Shown here: one piece after another, positions 5,957 through 14,533 of the stretch | Position numbering within the stretch: the first letter of the stretch is position 1 | Layout of the letters: each line of letters opens with the position of its first letter | Source of the DNA: a virus | IMG/VR virus record: IMGVR_UViG_3300021256_000040 | Strand: one strand, 5' to 3' | DNA length: 36,493 bases | Position numbers and translations under genes: made by a program | Notes under the pieces: model-generated | What the model was told of the DNA's origin: nothing | Databases searched by the model: none | Seen by the model: only the letters and a program-made list of their open reading frames with translations

Positions 5957-7132
5957 CTATTCTTCAACCTGTACTACAGACATGGCCACAACAATACCGT
6001 TAACAGTCTTGATGTGTAGCATATTGCGCTCAGTAACTCCATCAGACGCTCCGCCTGGCAATACTGGCGTCCAGTTCTTAAGATACTGATACCATTGTTG
6101 CGCCCATGGCTTACGAGCTTGAAAAGCACTCGCTCCAGGGTCGGCTGGTCTTTCGTAGTTATATAAAAAAGCAAGCGCTAAATCGCCTGCGTCCATGGTT
6201 GATTTTTTAAATTCTTCAAAACTAAGTGGATAAGTTGCGGTTGGTGCATATCCAGTACCACTATTAAGCAAATCGCACTCAAAGTTACCGTAATCGGATA
6301 GCTTCGCATTTCGTGATGCTAGATATTCCGTACACACTGTATAAGGTGTCCACTGTGCCAGTCCAAAGCCTGGTCCAACACCCTCCGCGTCTGATTGCCA
6401 TCGGTTAGGGTTGATGCTTGATTCATATTGAAAGTTGCCAAGCAAACCGCAACACGCTTGCAAGGTCCAACCATACTTGATATGCAGATAGCCATACATA
6501 CACTTTGCATTGTTATTCATTTCGGATTGGTTAAGTGCTCGTGTATGTTGTGGAATTATCCACTCCAATATAGTTGCCGTCTTTAAATTGACGCCTTGTG
6601 CTTGTGTCACGGTCGTATCATTGCCAAAGCATACTGATTCAGTAGCAACCGAATTGGTCAAGTAGTAACAAGAAAAACTTGATCCTGAGCACCATGCACC
6701 ATCAGTGTGTAAACTGTTACCTGTTCCAGTACTAAATTCCATATGCACGTGATAGACACCGTTCGCGCCTTTTAATCCACTGTTATAGATATGTGTACCT
6801 TGCGCTACCGTATCACCAACGTTATATAAATGTGCGTTAGCATGACCTACCTGAAAGCATATATAAGTAAGTCCACGGCTTGCCGTATGTACTGGTTTGG
6901 TGCTCTGCCATATTTCGCAGTTAGTAGATTCATCAGGCTTTGAAATCATTGTGCAAGAGCACGGCGCATAAAAAGGATATACACCGCTTGCAGCGCCATT
7001 GATATCCAACGAATTACCGCAACAGTGCGTGTAGCTTGATGGACTTGATGCTTGTATTACGTATTCAACCGTCATTGGCCACAATAGATATTCGTATCCA
7101 TCGCCACCCACTAATTTTTGACCGGCTTTCAT
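5957..7132 (-). CDS. Tail-associated peptidoglycan hydrolase: M23-like peptidase plus phage tail lysozyme-like domain
   Basis: VGDTVAQGTHIYNSGLKGANGVYHVHMEF matches the M23 G..V..G..IG..G.TG...G.HLHFE signature. LLGNFQYESSINPNRW...GPGFGLAQWT matches the GN.Q.ES..NP...G.GL.QW tail-lysozyme signature. The ATG at 7132 (GAAGG RBS, ATGA overlap with the upstream stop) is preferred over the GTG at 7156. Confidence 0.8.
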   Translation of the reverse strand: MKAGQKLVGGDGYEYLLWPMTVEYVIQASSPSSYTHCCGNSLDINGAASGVYPFYAPCSCTMISKPDESTNCEIWQSTKPVHTASRGLTYICFQVGHANAHLYNVGDTVAQGTHIYNSGLKGANGVYHVHMEFSTGTGNSLHTDGAWCSGSSFSCYYLTNSVATESVCFGNDTTVTQAQGVNLKTATILEWIIPQHTRALNQSEMNNNAKCMYGYLHIKYGWTLQACCGLLGNFQYESSINPNRWQSDAEGVGPGFGLAQWTPYTVCTEYLASRNAKLSDYGNFECDLLNSGTGYAPTATYPLSFEEFKKSTMDAGDLALAFLYNYERPADPGASAFQARKPWAQQWYQYLKNWTPVLPGGASDGVTERNMLHIKTVNGIVVAMSVVQVEE

Positions 7133-7371
7133 GATACCAAACCTTCTATCATGCACGCTTCCATATACGATATTGGATGTGGATAGTTTTCGTACTTTCT
7201 ACACACATTGATTCGCTCTTGAATAATATTTATTTGTTCTGTATCTGTTAGATATTCAAGCCATTTTTCAAAGACTTTGTGCATTTGATTGACCGGATAA
7301 TTTGGAAAGTTGTACAACTGGCAATCGTCAATAGATTTAATAGATTCTATATATTGCTTATAATCGACCAT
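7129..7371 (-). CDS. Hypothetical 80-aa tail-module protein
   Basis: ATG at 7371 with TAGGAG 9 nt upstream; the ORF-track start at 7380 is a TTG. It is packed tightly between Tal and the tail lysin. Confidence 0.6.
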   Translation of the reverse strand: MVDYKQYIESIKSIDDCQLYNFPNYPVNQMHKVFEKWLEYLTDTEQINIIQERINVCRKYENYPHPISYMEACMIEGLVS

Positions 7372-7372
7372 A

Positions 7373-9004
7373 TTATCCAACTCCTACCACGATTCCATTA
7401 ACTGTTTTAATTGCACTTACATTTGCTTCTCCAGTAAATCCAACGCCTGTAGCACTGCCGTTTACTGTTCTCAATCCACTTGATAGCATTTGTATATATT
7501 TGCTACCTGTAGAATCTCCTAATTTTCCGAAAAAGATACCTTTTGAGTTGAGCACTACGGCGCTTGACCAATCCCAATTGCCATTTTTATCAACTGCACG
7601 TGTACACATGATGCCTTTAGTTCCTATTCCGACTGCACCATATGTTTCAGATGATTTATCCGTATCTTCAAATTTGATTGTGATGATATCGCCTTTGTTA
7701 TCTGTATCCTTTTTTACTTGGATTTGTGTTTTTGTTCCATCAGATACGCCAACCAAGCTTGATGCATTTGTACCATTTGCACCTTGGTTGTATATAGCAC
7801 TTGTCATGGTGCTTGTGGTAACTGCCCTATCTGTATAGCTATCTTTGTAATCGCCCAACGTCATTTTGGTTACAATTCCGTTGATGCAATCATACGTAAC
7901 ACCTTTGATACGCGGATAAGTCGATATCTTCATATCTTCGTTGTAAACGTAAACAGTATCGCCGATATCCATATGAATAAGCTGTTCATAGCCTTCGTAT
8001 TCTCTCGTTTGCTCCAAATCAAGAAAATCAATGTCATATGTTATCGTTGGAATATCGATTTTTTCATTGTTGAATTTCTCACGGCTTGCCTTTCGCAATT
8101 CGTCATATAGTTCACTCAACGTTTCGCAAACAGTGACGGTATCATCTTCATCCGTGCTTGCATCCGCTTTTAGCTTGATGTTATCGAATTTAACAACAGT
8201 TGGATGTGATACCGGATAATCATTAAATCTACTTGATTTGACCGATTCATAATTGCCATTTGCATCCATCAAATGATATCCGTTGTACGCTTCAGGCCAA
8301 ATCTCTGTAATTAAATCCGATGTATCAACCGTGTATGTGATGCCTGTCATATTTAACCCGGCCTTGATATTGGCATACCCATTCAAACGATTGTCAACCG
8401 TATTAGTTTGGTCAAATTTTGGCGAATACAAAAATTCATAATTGTTTAATAAGAATTCTCCACCATATCGATTCATGATTGAATTATCCTGACTGCCGTT
8501 CAAAGCAGTCATTAAATCCATCCATTCGATGTATACGCTTGTTTTTTCTTTTAGCGTGCCTTTATAGGTTGCAAAATTGTGAGAAAATTTACTTCCACTG
8601 GATAAAATATTTAATGCTTCATCTATATTTTTATCAACAATCCTTGTGTCGCATACCATCGTTCCACGTGCATCTAAAAAGACCGGGTCACAATCACAAG
8701 TAACAAGTGATGGAGTTTTAGCAATGCTTTTGATTCTGAACAATTGATATCTATTGATATACGGATTATCAAAAATCTTAACTGAAATAACATTGTCCTT
8801 TTCCCATAAATAAAAAGGATCATCATTGGTTATATCCGTATCATCAATCGGACATTCCACATGTAAACTCGAAGCCTGGTTAAGTTGTATTGTAAATTCT
8901 GCTTTGGTTGGTCTTATCTGCCTTGATTGATTTGTGTCATATGTGTACTTATTGCCTGCTATATTCACTGAATTTGCGTCAATCAAAATAACCTGGTTCG
9001 CCAT
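7373..9004 (-). CDS. Tail-associated protein Tal (prophage tail endopeptidase-like / minor structural protein N-terminal family)
   Basis: Size, its position after Dit, and N-terminal region features typical of siphophage Tal proteins. The ATG at 9004 has GGAGGG 9 nt upstream and a TAATG overlap with the Dit stop. Confidence 0.78.
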   Translation of the reverse strand: MANQVILIDANSVNIAGNKYTYDTNQSRQIRPTKAEFTIQLNQASSLHVECPIDDTDITNDDPFYLWEKDNVISVKIFDNPYINRYQLFRIKSIAKTPSLVTCDCDPVFLDARGTMVCDTRIVDKNIDEALNILSSGSKFSHNFATYKGTLKEKTSVYIEWMDLMTALNGSQDNSIMNRYGGEFLLNNYEFLYSPKFDQTNTVDNRLNGYANIKAGLNMTGITYTVDTSDLITEIWPEAYNGYHLMDANGNYESVKSSRFNDYPVSHPTVVKFDNIKLKADASTDEDDTVTVCETLSELYDELRKASREKFNNEKIDIPTITYDIDFLDLEQTREYEGYEQLIHMDIGDTVYVYNEDMKISTYPRIKGVTYDCINGIVTKMTLGDYKDSYTDRAVTTSTMTSAIYNQGANGTNASSLVGVSDGTKTQIQVKKDTDNKGDIITIKFEDTDKSSETYGAVGIGTKGIMCTRAVDKNGNWDWSSAVVLNSKGIFFGKLGDSTGSKYIQMLSSGLRTVNGSATGVGFTGEANVSAIKTVNGIVVGVG

Positions 9005-9795
9005 TAGATAGCCCTCCATCGTGGCATGACTTCAACCTTAAAAGTAGCATTTTTATTTGATGTACTGTAACTTATTGTGTTCATTGCGTTTTTCAACACT
9101 AAATCAGATTCTTGACCCGAATGTCCAACTTTTCCTAGTCCTTCATCAACGTATCTATATGTCACACACAATCCAGTATCAATATATACTGGACTGCTTG
9201 CATAAACATAATTAATCTTAAAGGACTTATCATTTACAACTATCAAAAAATCAGACGAAGTAATCTTTTTGTCTTTGTCATATACCAAAGTAACTTTATA
9301 CACTGGTTCACATTGATAATACGGATTATATTTAATATCTTCTATGTTTGTCCATTTTTGGCCAGATATAGCATAGTCAAAAGGATCAAGCGTCATTGTT
9401 ACAGTGAATTCGCCTGTAGTTTCCAAATCGCCTCGTTTCAACTCACTTAATTCAATTTTTGAAACATATCGAAACCATTCAAAATCATCTGAAGTAGTTA
9501 GCTTTCTTTTAGATGTGTTGCCTAGAAGCCATTGTTTTATGCTTCTCCATCGGTTATTCACTTCATAGCCACTGCATGCAAAATTACATTCAAATTCAAT
9601 CGTAACTTCATCAAATGTATTCATTGGCTTTCTTAACATACCATTTCTAGCAATGACTTCATCAAATTCATAATAGCGTGGCTTAGGCGCTTGAAGTGCC
9701 GAACGTGTCGAAATGTGAAACCCATGATTAAGGCTTGAATCTCCGTCAAGCAAGAAATGATATTCCTTGTATGGAATTCCATTCTCTCTAGCCAT
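9004..9795 (-). CDS. Distal tail protein Dit (Sipho_tail family)
   Basis: It lies immediately after the tape measure gene, is ~263 aa, and its N-terminal pattern is typical of phage tail family proteins. The ATG at 9795 has AAGGTGG upstream; the ORF-track start at 9807 is a GTG. Confidence 0.78.
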   Translation of the reverse strand: MARENGIPYKEYHFLLDGDSSLNHGFHISTRSALQAPKPRYYEFDEVIARNGMLRKPMNTFDEVTIEFECNFACSGYEVNNRWRSIKQWLLGNTSKRKLTTSDDFEWFRYVSKIELSELKRGDLETTGEFTVTMTLDPFDYAISGQKWTNIEDIKYNPYYQCEPVYKVTLVYDKDKKITSSDFLIVVNDKSFKINYVYASSPVYIDTGLCVTYRYVDEGLGKVGHSGQESDLVLKNAMNTISYSTSNKNATFKVEVMPRWRAI

Positions 9796-11989
9796 AAGCA
9801 ACGCCACCTTTCATATTTGCTACATTGCGTACCTGTGTGACCATGTTCTTTTTGACAACATTTGTTACTTGTTGTCCGTCCATAGTAGCCACAAAAGAAG
9901 CGTTTAAATTGATATTTTGGTTGCTATTGGTTGTTGCATTCATAGCACCGATTCCACCACTCATATCACTTGCAAGACCGTTTAAGCTATCAAGCACTTT
10001 TGCTTTATTTGCTTCAATTCCACGTGTTAACAAATCCATGAAATCGGGCATGTATGTATCCGCATCGGACAGTGGTCCTTCTTCCGGAACCGAGAATCCA
10101 ATTTTCTTTTTGATGCTTTTGGCAACATTTCCAACCGCATCTTTGACCTGTACAACTTTTTGTTTGATACCATCGATAAAGCCTTGAAGCATATCAGCAC
10201 CCCAATTGATAGCTTTATCACGCAATCCAAAGAATGTGTTGATAATACTGCTTACCAAGTTAGCTATTTCCGTTTTAACATTTGAAGCAAATTGACTAAT
10301 ATTGTTTAAACTTGTACCAAGCCATGTTTGAAAAGCTCTAAAGTTAGAAACCACAGCATTGATTATTCCATTGACAATTCCACCAACAGTTTGTGTAATC
10401 GTGTCCCAATTTTTCATGATTAAGATAACCGCCGTAATTGCTACAACGATTCCTAAAATCATTGGTGCAAATGGTGCGATGATTCCGATGATTGGAGATA
10501 GCATACCTGCCACACTTATGATTGAGCTGATTCCAGTAGATATCTTACCTATCATTATCAGCAATGGACCTATTGCCGTAACAATGAGCATGATATTTAC
10601 GATTAAATCTTTTTGCCATGGTGATAATTTCTTGAACCAGTTTGCAAACGCTTCTAACTGGCTTGCCAAGTTTTTTGCCATTGGCAACAGCGTTGTAGCT
10701 AACTGGCTTCCGACTTCTGCCAAAGCACTCAATAATGTATTTTTTAAAGGCGTCAAAGTACGTGACAATGAATCTGTATTGTTATATACATCGCTAACAC
10801 TGCCACTTGCACCATCTGCCGATTGTGCCAAATCTTTGAAATCAAGTGAACCATTTTTAACCGCTTGATAGACCTGATCGCCTGATTTGCCAAACAAATC
10901 ATAGGCTTCTTGTAATCCCGACATTCCATCCTTGCCGTTTTTGATAGAATCTTGCAATTCGGATAATGCCTGATTCATCGGTTTACCTTCGGCAGTGGCA
11001 TTCTTAAGTGCTTTTCTAAGTCCAGTTAATACCGTGTTTGAGTCTGCACCTGATTTTTCAATTTGACCCATTAAAGTAATGGACTGATTCATATTCAAGC
11101 CCATTTCTTGGAATGCAACTGAGTTTTTAATCAATCCCTCTTGCAAGGTTTCCATCGATACGCCTGTATCCTGTCCGACCTTGTTCATCATGTCCAGTAC
11201 TTCCCCAGCGTGTGAAGCATCGACATTGAACGCGCTCATTGCTTTCTGTACTTGATCAATCGATGTATTGACATCGGTATTGTTTACTTTTGCAAATTCA
11301 AGGAATTGTTTTGATGTTTTTTCAAGTTCATCACCAGTTAAGCCAAATCGTGTATTTAGCTCACCTACTGCCGTTCCAGCATCTTCAAATGATGTGTCCA
11401 TGGATGTAGCTAAATCCTTTACGATTGAATTCATTGATTCCAGCGCTTCACCTGATGCACCTGTCTTTTGTTTGACTACATCAAGGCCACTTTCAACCGA
11501 TTCAAATGACTTTAAAGCGCCACCTTCTAGTGCTACCAGTGGAGCGGTTACTTTGGTTGACATTGTTGTTCCAACATCATTTAATTTGGTACCAATTTCT
11601 CCCAATTTAGCGCCCCATGCTTGTACACCTACAGGTAGCAAATCTTGTTGCTTTTTAAGGTTTTTTAAATGCGTTTCTGTTTTTTGAATTTCTTGTTGTA
11701 AATTGACATACTGAGCACTTGTTTTATCTACATCAGATGGCAATTCTTTTTGTGCCTGTTTAAGTGTTGCAAGTTTTGTTTTTGTTTGCTCTATATCCTG
11801 ATTTAATATTTTCTGTTTCTGCGAAAGTAGCTCGGTGTTAGATGGATCATACTTTAGCATTTGATTAACAGATTTTAAATTAGATTCAAGATTTTTAATT
11901 TCTGTTTGAGGTTTTTTTAAGGCACTAATCAAATCGGTAGTATCACCACCAATTTTTATTGTTAGTCCCTTTAATTTTGAGCTCGCCAT
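9788..11989 (-). CDS. Tail tape measure protein
   Basis: 733 aa. The N-terminus LKGLTIKIGGDTTDLISALK is followed by a long helical region and a central hydrophobic glycine-rich block. AGGAGGTG RBS. It lies downstream of the chaperone pair. Confidence 0.92.
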   Translation of the reverse strand: MASSKLKGLTIKIGGDTTDLISALKKPQTEIKNLESNLKSVNQMLKYDPSNTELLSQKQKILNQDIEQTKTKLATLKQAQKELPSDVDKTSAQYVNLQQEIQKTETHLKNLKKQQDLLPVGVQAWGAKLGEIGTKLNDVGTTMSTKVTAPLVALEGGALKSFESVESGLDVVKQKTGASGEALESMNSIVKDLATSMDTSFEDAGTAVGELNTRFGLTGDELEKTSKQFLEFAKVNNTDVNTSIDQVQKAMSAFNVDASHAGEVLDMMNKVGQDTGVSMETLQEGLIKNSVAFQEMGLNMNQSITLMGQIEKSGADSNTVLTGLRKALKNATAEGKPMNQALSELQDSIKNGKDGMSGLQEAYDLFGKSGDQVYQAVKNGSLDFKDLAQSADGASGSVSDVYNNTDSLSRTLTPLKNTLLSALAEVGSQLATTLLPMAKNLASQLEAFANWFKKLSPWQKDLIVNIMLIVTAIGPLLIMIGKISTGISSIISVAGMLSPIIGIIAPFAPMILGIVVAITAVILIMKNWDTITQTVGGIVNGIINAVVSNFRAFQTWLGTSLNNISQFASNVKTEIANLVSSIINTFFGLRDKAINWGADMLQGFIDGIKQKVVQVKDAVGNVAKSIKKKIGFSVPEEGPLSDADTYMPDFMDLLTRGIEANKAKVLDSLNGLASDMSGGIGAMNATTNSNQNINLNASFVATMDGQQVTNVVKKNMVTQVRNVANMKGGVAYG

Positions 11990-12004
11990 AAGTCACCTCC
12001 TAAC

Positions 12005-12564
12005 TTATTTTCTTTTTAAATAGTCAACCAATGATTCACCAGGTTGAAGCTCATGTACTGATTCCCGTTTTATTGGTCTTCCGTCGTCATCGAACTCAGG
12101 CATTGAATTAGCATAAGCAATGATATAATCGAGTGTTTCTCCGATTTCTTGACTTTTCATCTCTGAAATTGACATGCCTATATGCAAGCCTGAAGCGAAA
12201 ACATCATAAATCGTTACTTCTTTTTCTTTTTTTGAGGTTGTTTTTTTTTGTAATTTTGCGTAGATTTTATATCATTTGTTACAAGCGAAAAAATATCTCC
12301 GACAGATTCATAGATTGCCATTGGTGTATCAAATTGAGAAAGCCATTCCATGTAATCAGGAATTGAATCATCTGCCGTTTTGGCAAGTGTCCAAGCAATT
12401 TGTTCAATCACATTGCTTTCAATTTCTACTCCATCTTCAATTTTTGATAGATTAAAAATGTCGCTCAAAAGATTCCTGTTAAAAAAACGAGAGTACAAAA
12501 CAGCTGTACCCCCGTTTGATTTCATTGGGACATTTTTATTTTCGATTTTTATGACCTTGAACAT
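12005..12564 (-). CDS. Predicted gpG-T-like chaperone fusion made by -1 programmed frameshift
   Basis: The -1 frame relative to the gpG-like ORF is open from 12271 down to the stop at 12005. Slippery A AAA AAG (12232..12226) and A9 (12249..12241) lie in the overlap. The frame relationship was verified codon by codon. Confidence 0.65.
12214..12564 (-). CDS. Tail assembly chaperone (gpG-like)
   Basis: 116 aa between the major tail and tape measure genes, with an AAGGAG RBS. The 3' end runs through A-rich slippery sequence. Confidence 0.8.
   Translation of the reverse strand: MFKVIKIENKNVPMKSNGGTAVLYSRFFNRNLLSDIFNLSKIEDGVEIESNVIEQIAWTLAKTADDSIPDYMEWLSQFDTPMAIYESVGDIFSLVTNDIKSTQNYKKKQPQKKKKK
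12226..12249 (-). promoter_or_regulatory. Candidate -1 ribosomal slippery sites
   Basis: The zero frame reads TAC AAA AAA AAA CAA CCT CAA AAA AAG. It contains A AAA AAA and the classical A AAA AAG heptamer. Confidence 0.6.
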
Positions 12565-12577
12565 TAGCTAAACTCCT

Positions 12578-13153
12578 TTACGCTTTTTTCTCTTCTTCAA
12601 AAGTTGGTAAAGTAGGCGCTTTTGTAAATAGCGTTGCATAGTTTGTATCAGTGCTATCATAATATCCAAACAGGATTTTACCATCGCTTGTATTAATTGC
12701 CATGGCTACAGTTGAAAAAGATGGCTTAAACAATGATAATTCTTCTTCATTTGTGTTATACTCTTGATCTGATTCGCCATTTACACGATTGTTCCAAATG
12801 ATATATTTAATCGGTTGTTCATCCGTATCAATCTGAAAAATCAATCCAAAATTACCAGGATTTTTTGATAAATCATATTGCAATGCGCCACTATCCGACT
12901 TGCGATATGGCATATATTTTAATTTAAATTCATCAGGCAAAACTTCTACATCTACATCAACATTAGCGGATGTAACTTTGGATAAGTAATACCATAAGCT
13001 ATTATCTGCATATTCTTTTGTTTCTTTTGAATCAAATGATAATTTCATTTTTTTGGAGCCTAAAATTTGTTTTGGCACTCCAAAAGTATATACACCATTT
13101 GATTCTGCCACATCAAAGTAATATAAATTTGATAAACCAAATTGTACTTTCAT
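12578..13153 (-). CDS. Major tail protein (phi13-like family)
   Basis: 191 aa with N-terminus MKVQFGLSNLYYFDV. It sits upstream of the chaperones and has a strong AAAGGAG RBS. Confidence 0.85.
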   Translation of the reverse strand: MKVQFGLSNLYYFDVAESNGVYTFGVPKQILGSKKMKLSFDSKETKEYADNSLWYYLSKVTSANVDVDVEVLPDEFKLKYMPYRKSDSGALQYDLSKNPGNFGLIFQIDTDEQPIKYIIWNNRVNGESDQEYNTNEEELSLFKPSFSTVAMAINTSDGKILFGYYDSTDTNYATLFTKAPTLPTFEEEKKA

Positions 13154-13171
13154 TACTTTAATCTCCTTTCA

Positions 13172-13549
13172 TCATATTAACTTTTTCTCAATTTCTTTTA
13201 ATAGATTATCTTCAATGTATTCATCACCATATTTAAAGTGTGGTTGAGGTTTCGTTCTGCCACCTTTAACTGTTGCGTGACCATGCTCAAGCAAGTGTGC
13301 AAGCCGATAATCATTTGCACCAATTTCATATTGCAACGTAGCAACAGTTTCAGACGTCTTTTGAGCTTTAAAACCTTGCTTTTTGTATCCTCTTTTTCTT
13401 GTCCCTACAGGCGCATGATTTTTTACTTCATCACGTGCTTTTTTTGCGACTTGTGGAACAGCTTCTTTCATTGCACTTGTAGCTTCATCACCATACTCTT
13501 TTAATATTTCTTTAAATTCATCAGCGAATTTACTTACTTCTATTTTCAT
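13172..13549 (-). CDS. HK97 gp10-family neck/tail-completion protein
   Basis: 125 aa with the LAHLLEHGH ... PQPHF pattern typical of the HK97 gp10 family. ATGA coupling to the upstream gene. Confidence 0.72.
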   Translation of the reverse strand: MKIEVSKFADEFKEILKEYGDEATSAMKEAVPQVAKKARDEVKNHAPVGTRKRGYKKQGFKAQKTSETVATLQYEIGANDYRLAHLLEHGHATVKGGRTKPQPHFKYGDEYIEDNLLKEIEKKLI

Positions 13550-13869
13550 GATTCACACCTTAATGTATAAACCGATTGCATGATTTTTTCTTCGTCAATC
13601 CAGTTTGTACTTGATCGCTCCCATCTGATTTTATTAGCGGTCAAATAATCCTCTAATTTTTCGGATTCAGAAACTACATTCTGTTTTCGCGTATATAGCT
13701 CCAACGTAAACGAGCGCTCTACATAATATGTATTGTTATCAGCACGCTCATTATCGGTCGAATCATATAAGTACACCATGAATGGCGGTTTTACCTCATT
13801 TGAAAAGTGCGAATATTCGCATTGTACAGAATAGTTTTTTAATATGTTTTCAAGTTCTGTTATCGTCAT
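13546..13869 (-). CDS. Neck-module protein, unassigned (head-tail joining or tail terminator candidate)
   Basis: 107 aa, embedded in the neck gene string with overlapping stops and starts. Assigned from position only. Confidence 0.55.
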   Translation of the reverse strand: MTITELENILKNYSVQCEYSHFSNEVKPPFMVYLYDSTDNERADNNTYYVERSFTLELYTRKQNVVSESEKLEDYLTANKIRWERSSTNWIDEEKIMQSVYTLRCES

Positions 13870-14212
13870 ATTTAATTGGTACTCCTACAAGAGTTAGCCA
13901 TATAGAACGCGGTGCAGTATCTTTAACTTGCAACATGTCTATTCTATATACCTCTTTTGTATTTGTTTCAAAATCATGAAGTTCAACCAAATCCGTTTGA
14001 TGTACTTTTTTATTGTATGGTATCGAAACGACCATTTTGACATCAGAACCGGCCGTTTTGGCTTGATAAAATCGATTGATTCCAACCGTTTTTTCTCCAT
14101 AAGGAAATTCTATTATGGTTGATTCAATAACACCGTCAACAGCTTTTAAAATGGATATTACACCATCATTAAATGTTTCTGATTGTTGCCATACAGTTTT
14201 TGCTTTAAGCAT
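13850..14212 (-). CDS. Head closure / head-tail adaptor protein candidate
   Basis: 120 aa, second gene after the capsid gene. The size and beta-rich sequence are consistent with head closure proteins. The assignment rests mostly on position. Confidence 0.6.
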   Translation of the reverse strand: MLKAKTVWQQSETFNDGVISILKAVDGVIESTIIEFPYGEKTVGINRFYQAKTAGSDVKMVVSIPYNKKVHQTDLVELHDFETNTKEVYRIDMLQVKDTAPRSIWLTLVGVPIKYDDNRT

Positions 14213-14513
14213 CGTCTTCCTCTACAAAATCGGATACATTTCCATTTAAATTTAGTGATAGTAATTCTTGTTTATAATTCTTTGAGAAATCGTCTAAAGC
14301 GTTAGCTTGTGCATAAAGCACATAATTGACTAAAAGGGACCGTGCAAGTCCCTCTTTTGTATAGTCATTTTCTTTTCCATAAACATTATCAAGATATGCA
14401 ACACCATCCATTATGATGTTAGACAATTTTCTTCTCATATTGTCATCAATCCATTGATAATTGCATTGCACTTTGACATAATCAACTAATTCTTCAATTC
14501 CTTGGACGGTCAT
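14205..14513 (-). CDS. gp6-like head-tail connector protein candidate
   Basis: 102 aa directly after the major capsid gene. It is helical, with a VDYVKVQCNY...LSNIIMDGVAYLDNVYG pattern resembling connector/DNA-packaging gp6-like proteins. Confidence 0.62.
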   Translation of the reverse strand: MTVQGIEELVDYVKVQCNYQWIDDNMRRKLSNIIMDGVAYLDNVYGKENDYTKEGLARSLLVNYVLYAQANALDDFSKNYKQELLSLNLNGNVSDFVEEDDA

Positions 14514-14533
14514 TTAATCACCGCCTTTCTTTT

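Noticed and set aside
9825-11687. Long plus-strand ORFs inside the tape measure gene (9825..10187, 10359..10868, 11268..11687). Similar ones lie inside Tal (7500..7838, 7784..8110, 8031..8219, 8479..8703) and other structural genes.
   Set aside because: They are fully embedded antisense to genes with clear family signatures. Their translations are low-complexity (Ser/Pro/Ile/Phe-rich) and I saw no ribosome-binding sites. These are typical shadow ORFs of AT-rich genomes.
12005-12187. The 60-aa ORF treated as an independent gene with a TTG start.
   Set aside because: Its frame is open well upstream of the TTG. It is in the -1 frame of the chaperone gene with slippery heptamers in the overlap. 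It is better explained as the frameshift extension.
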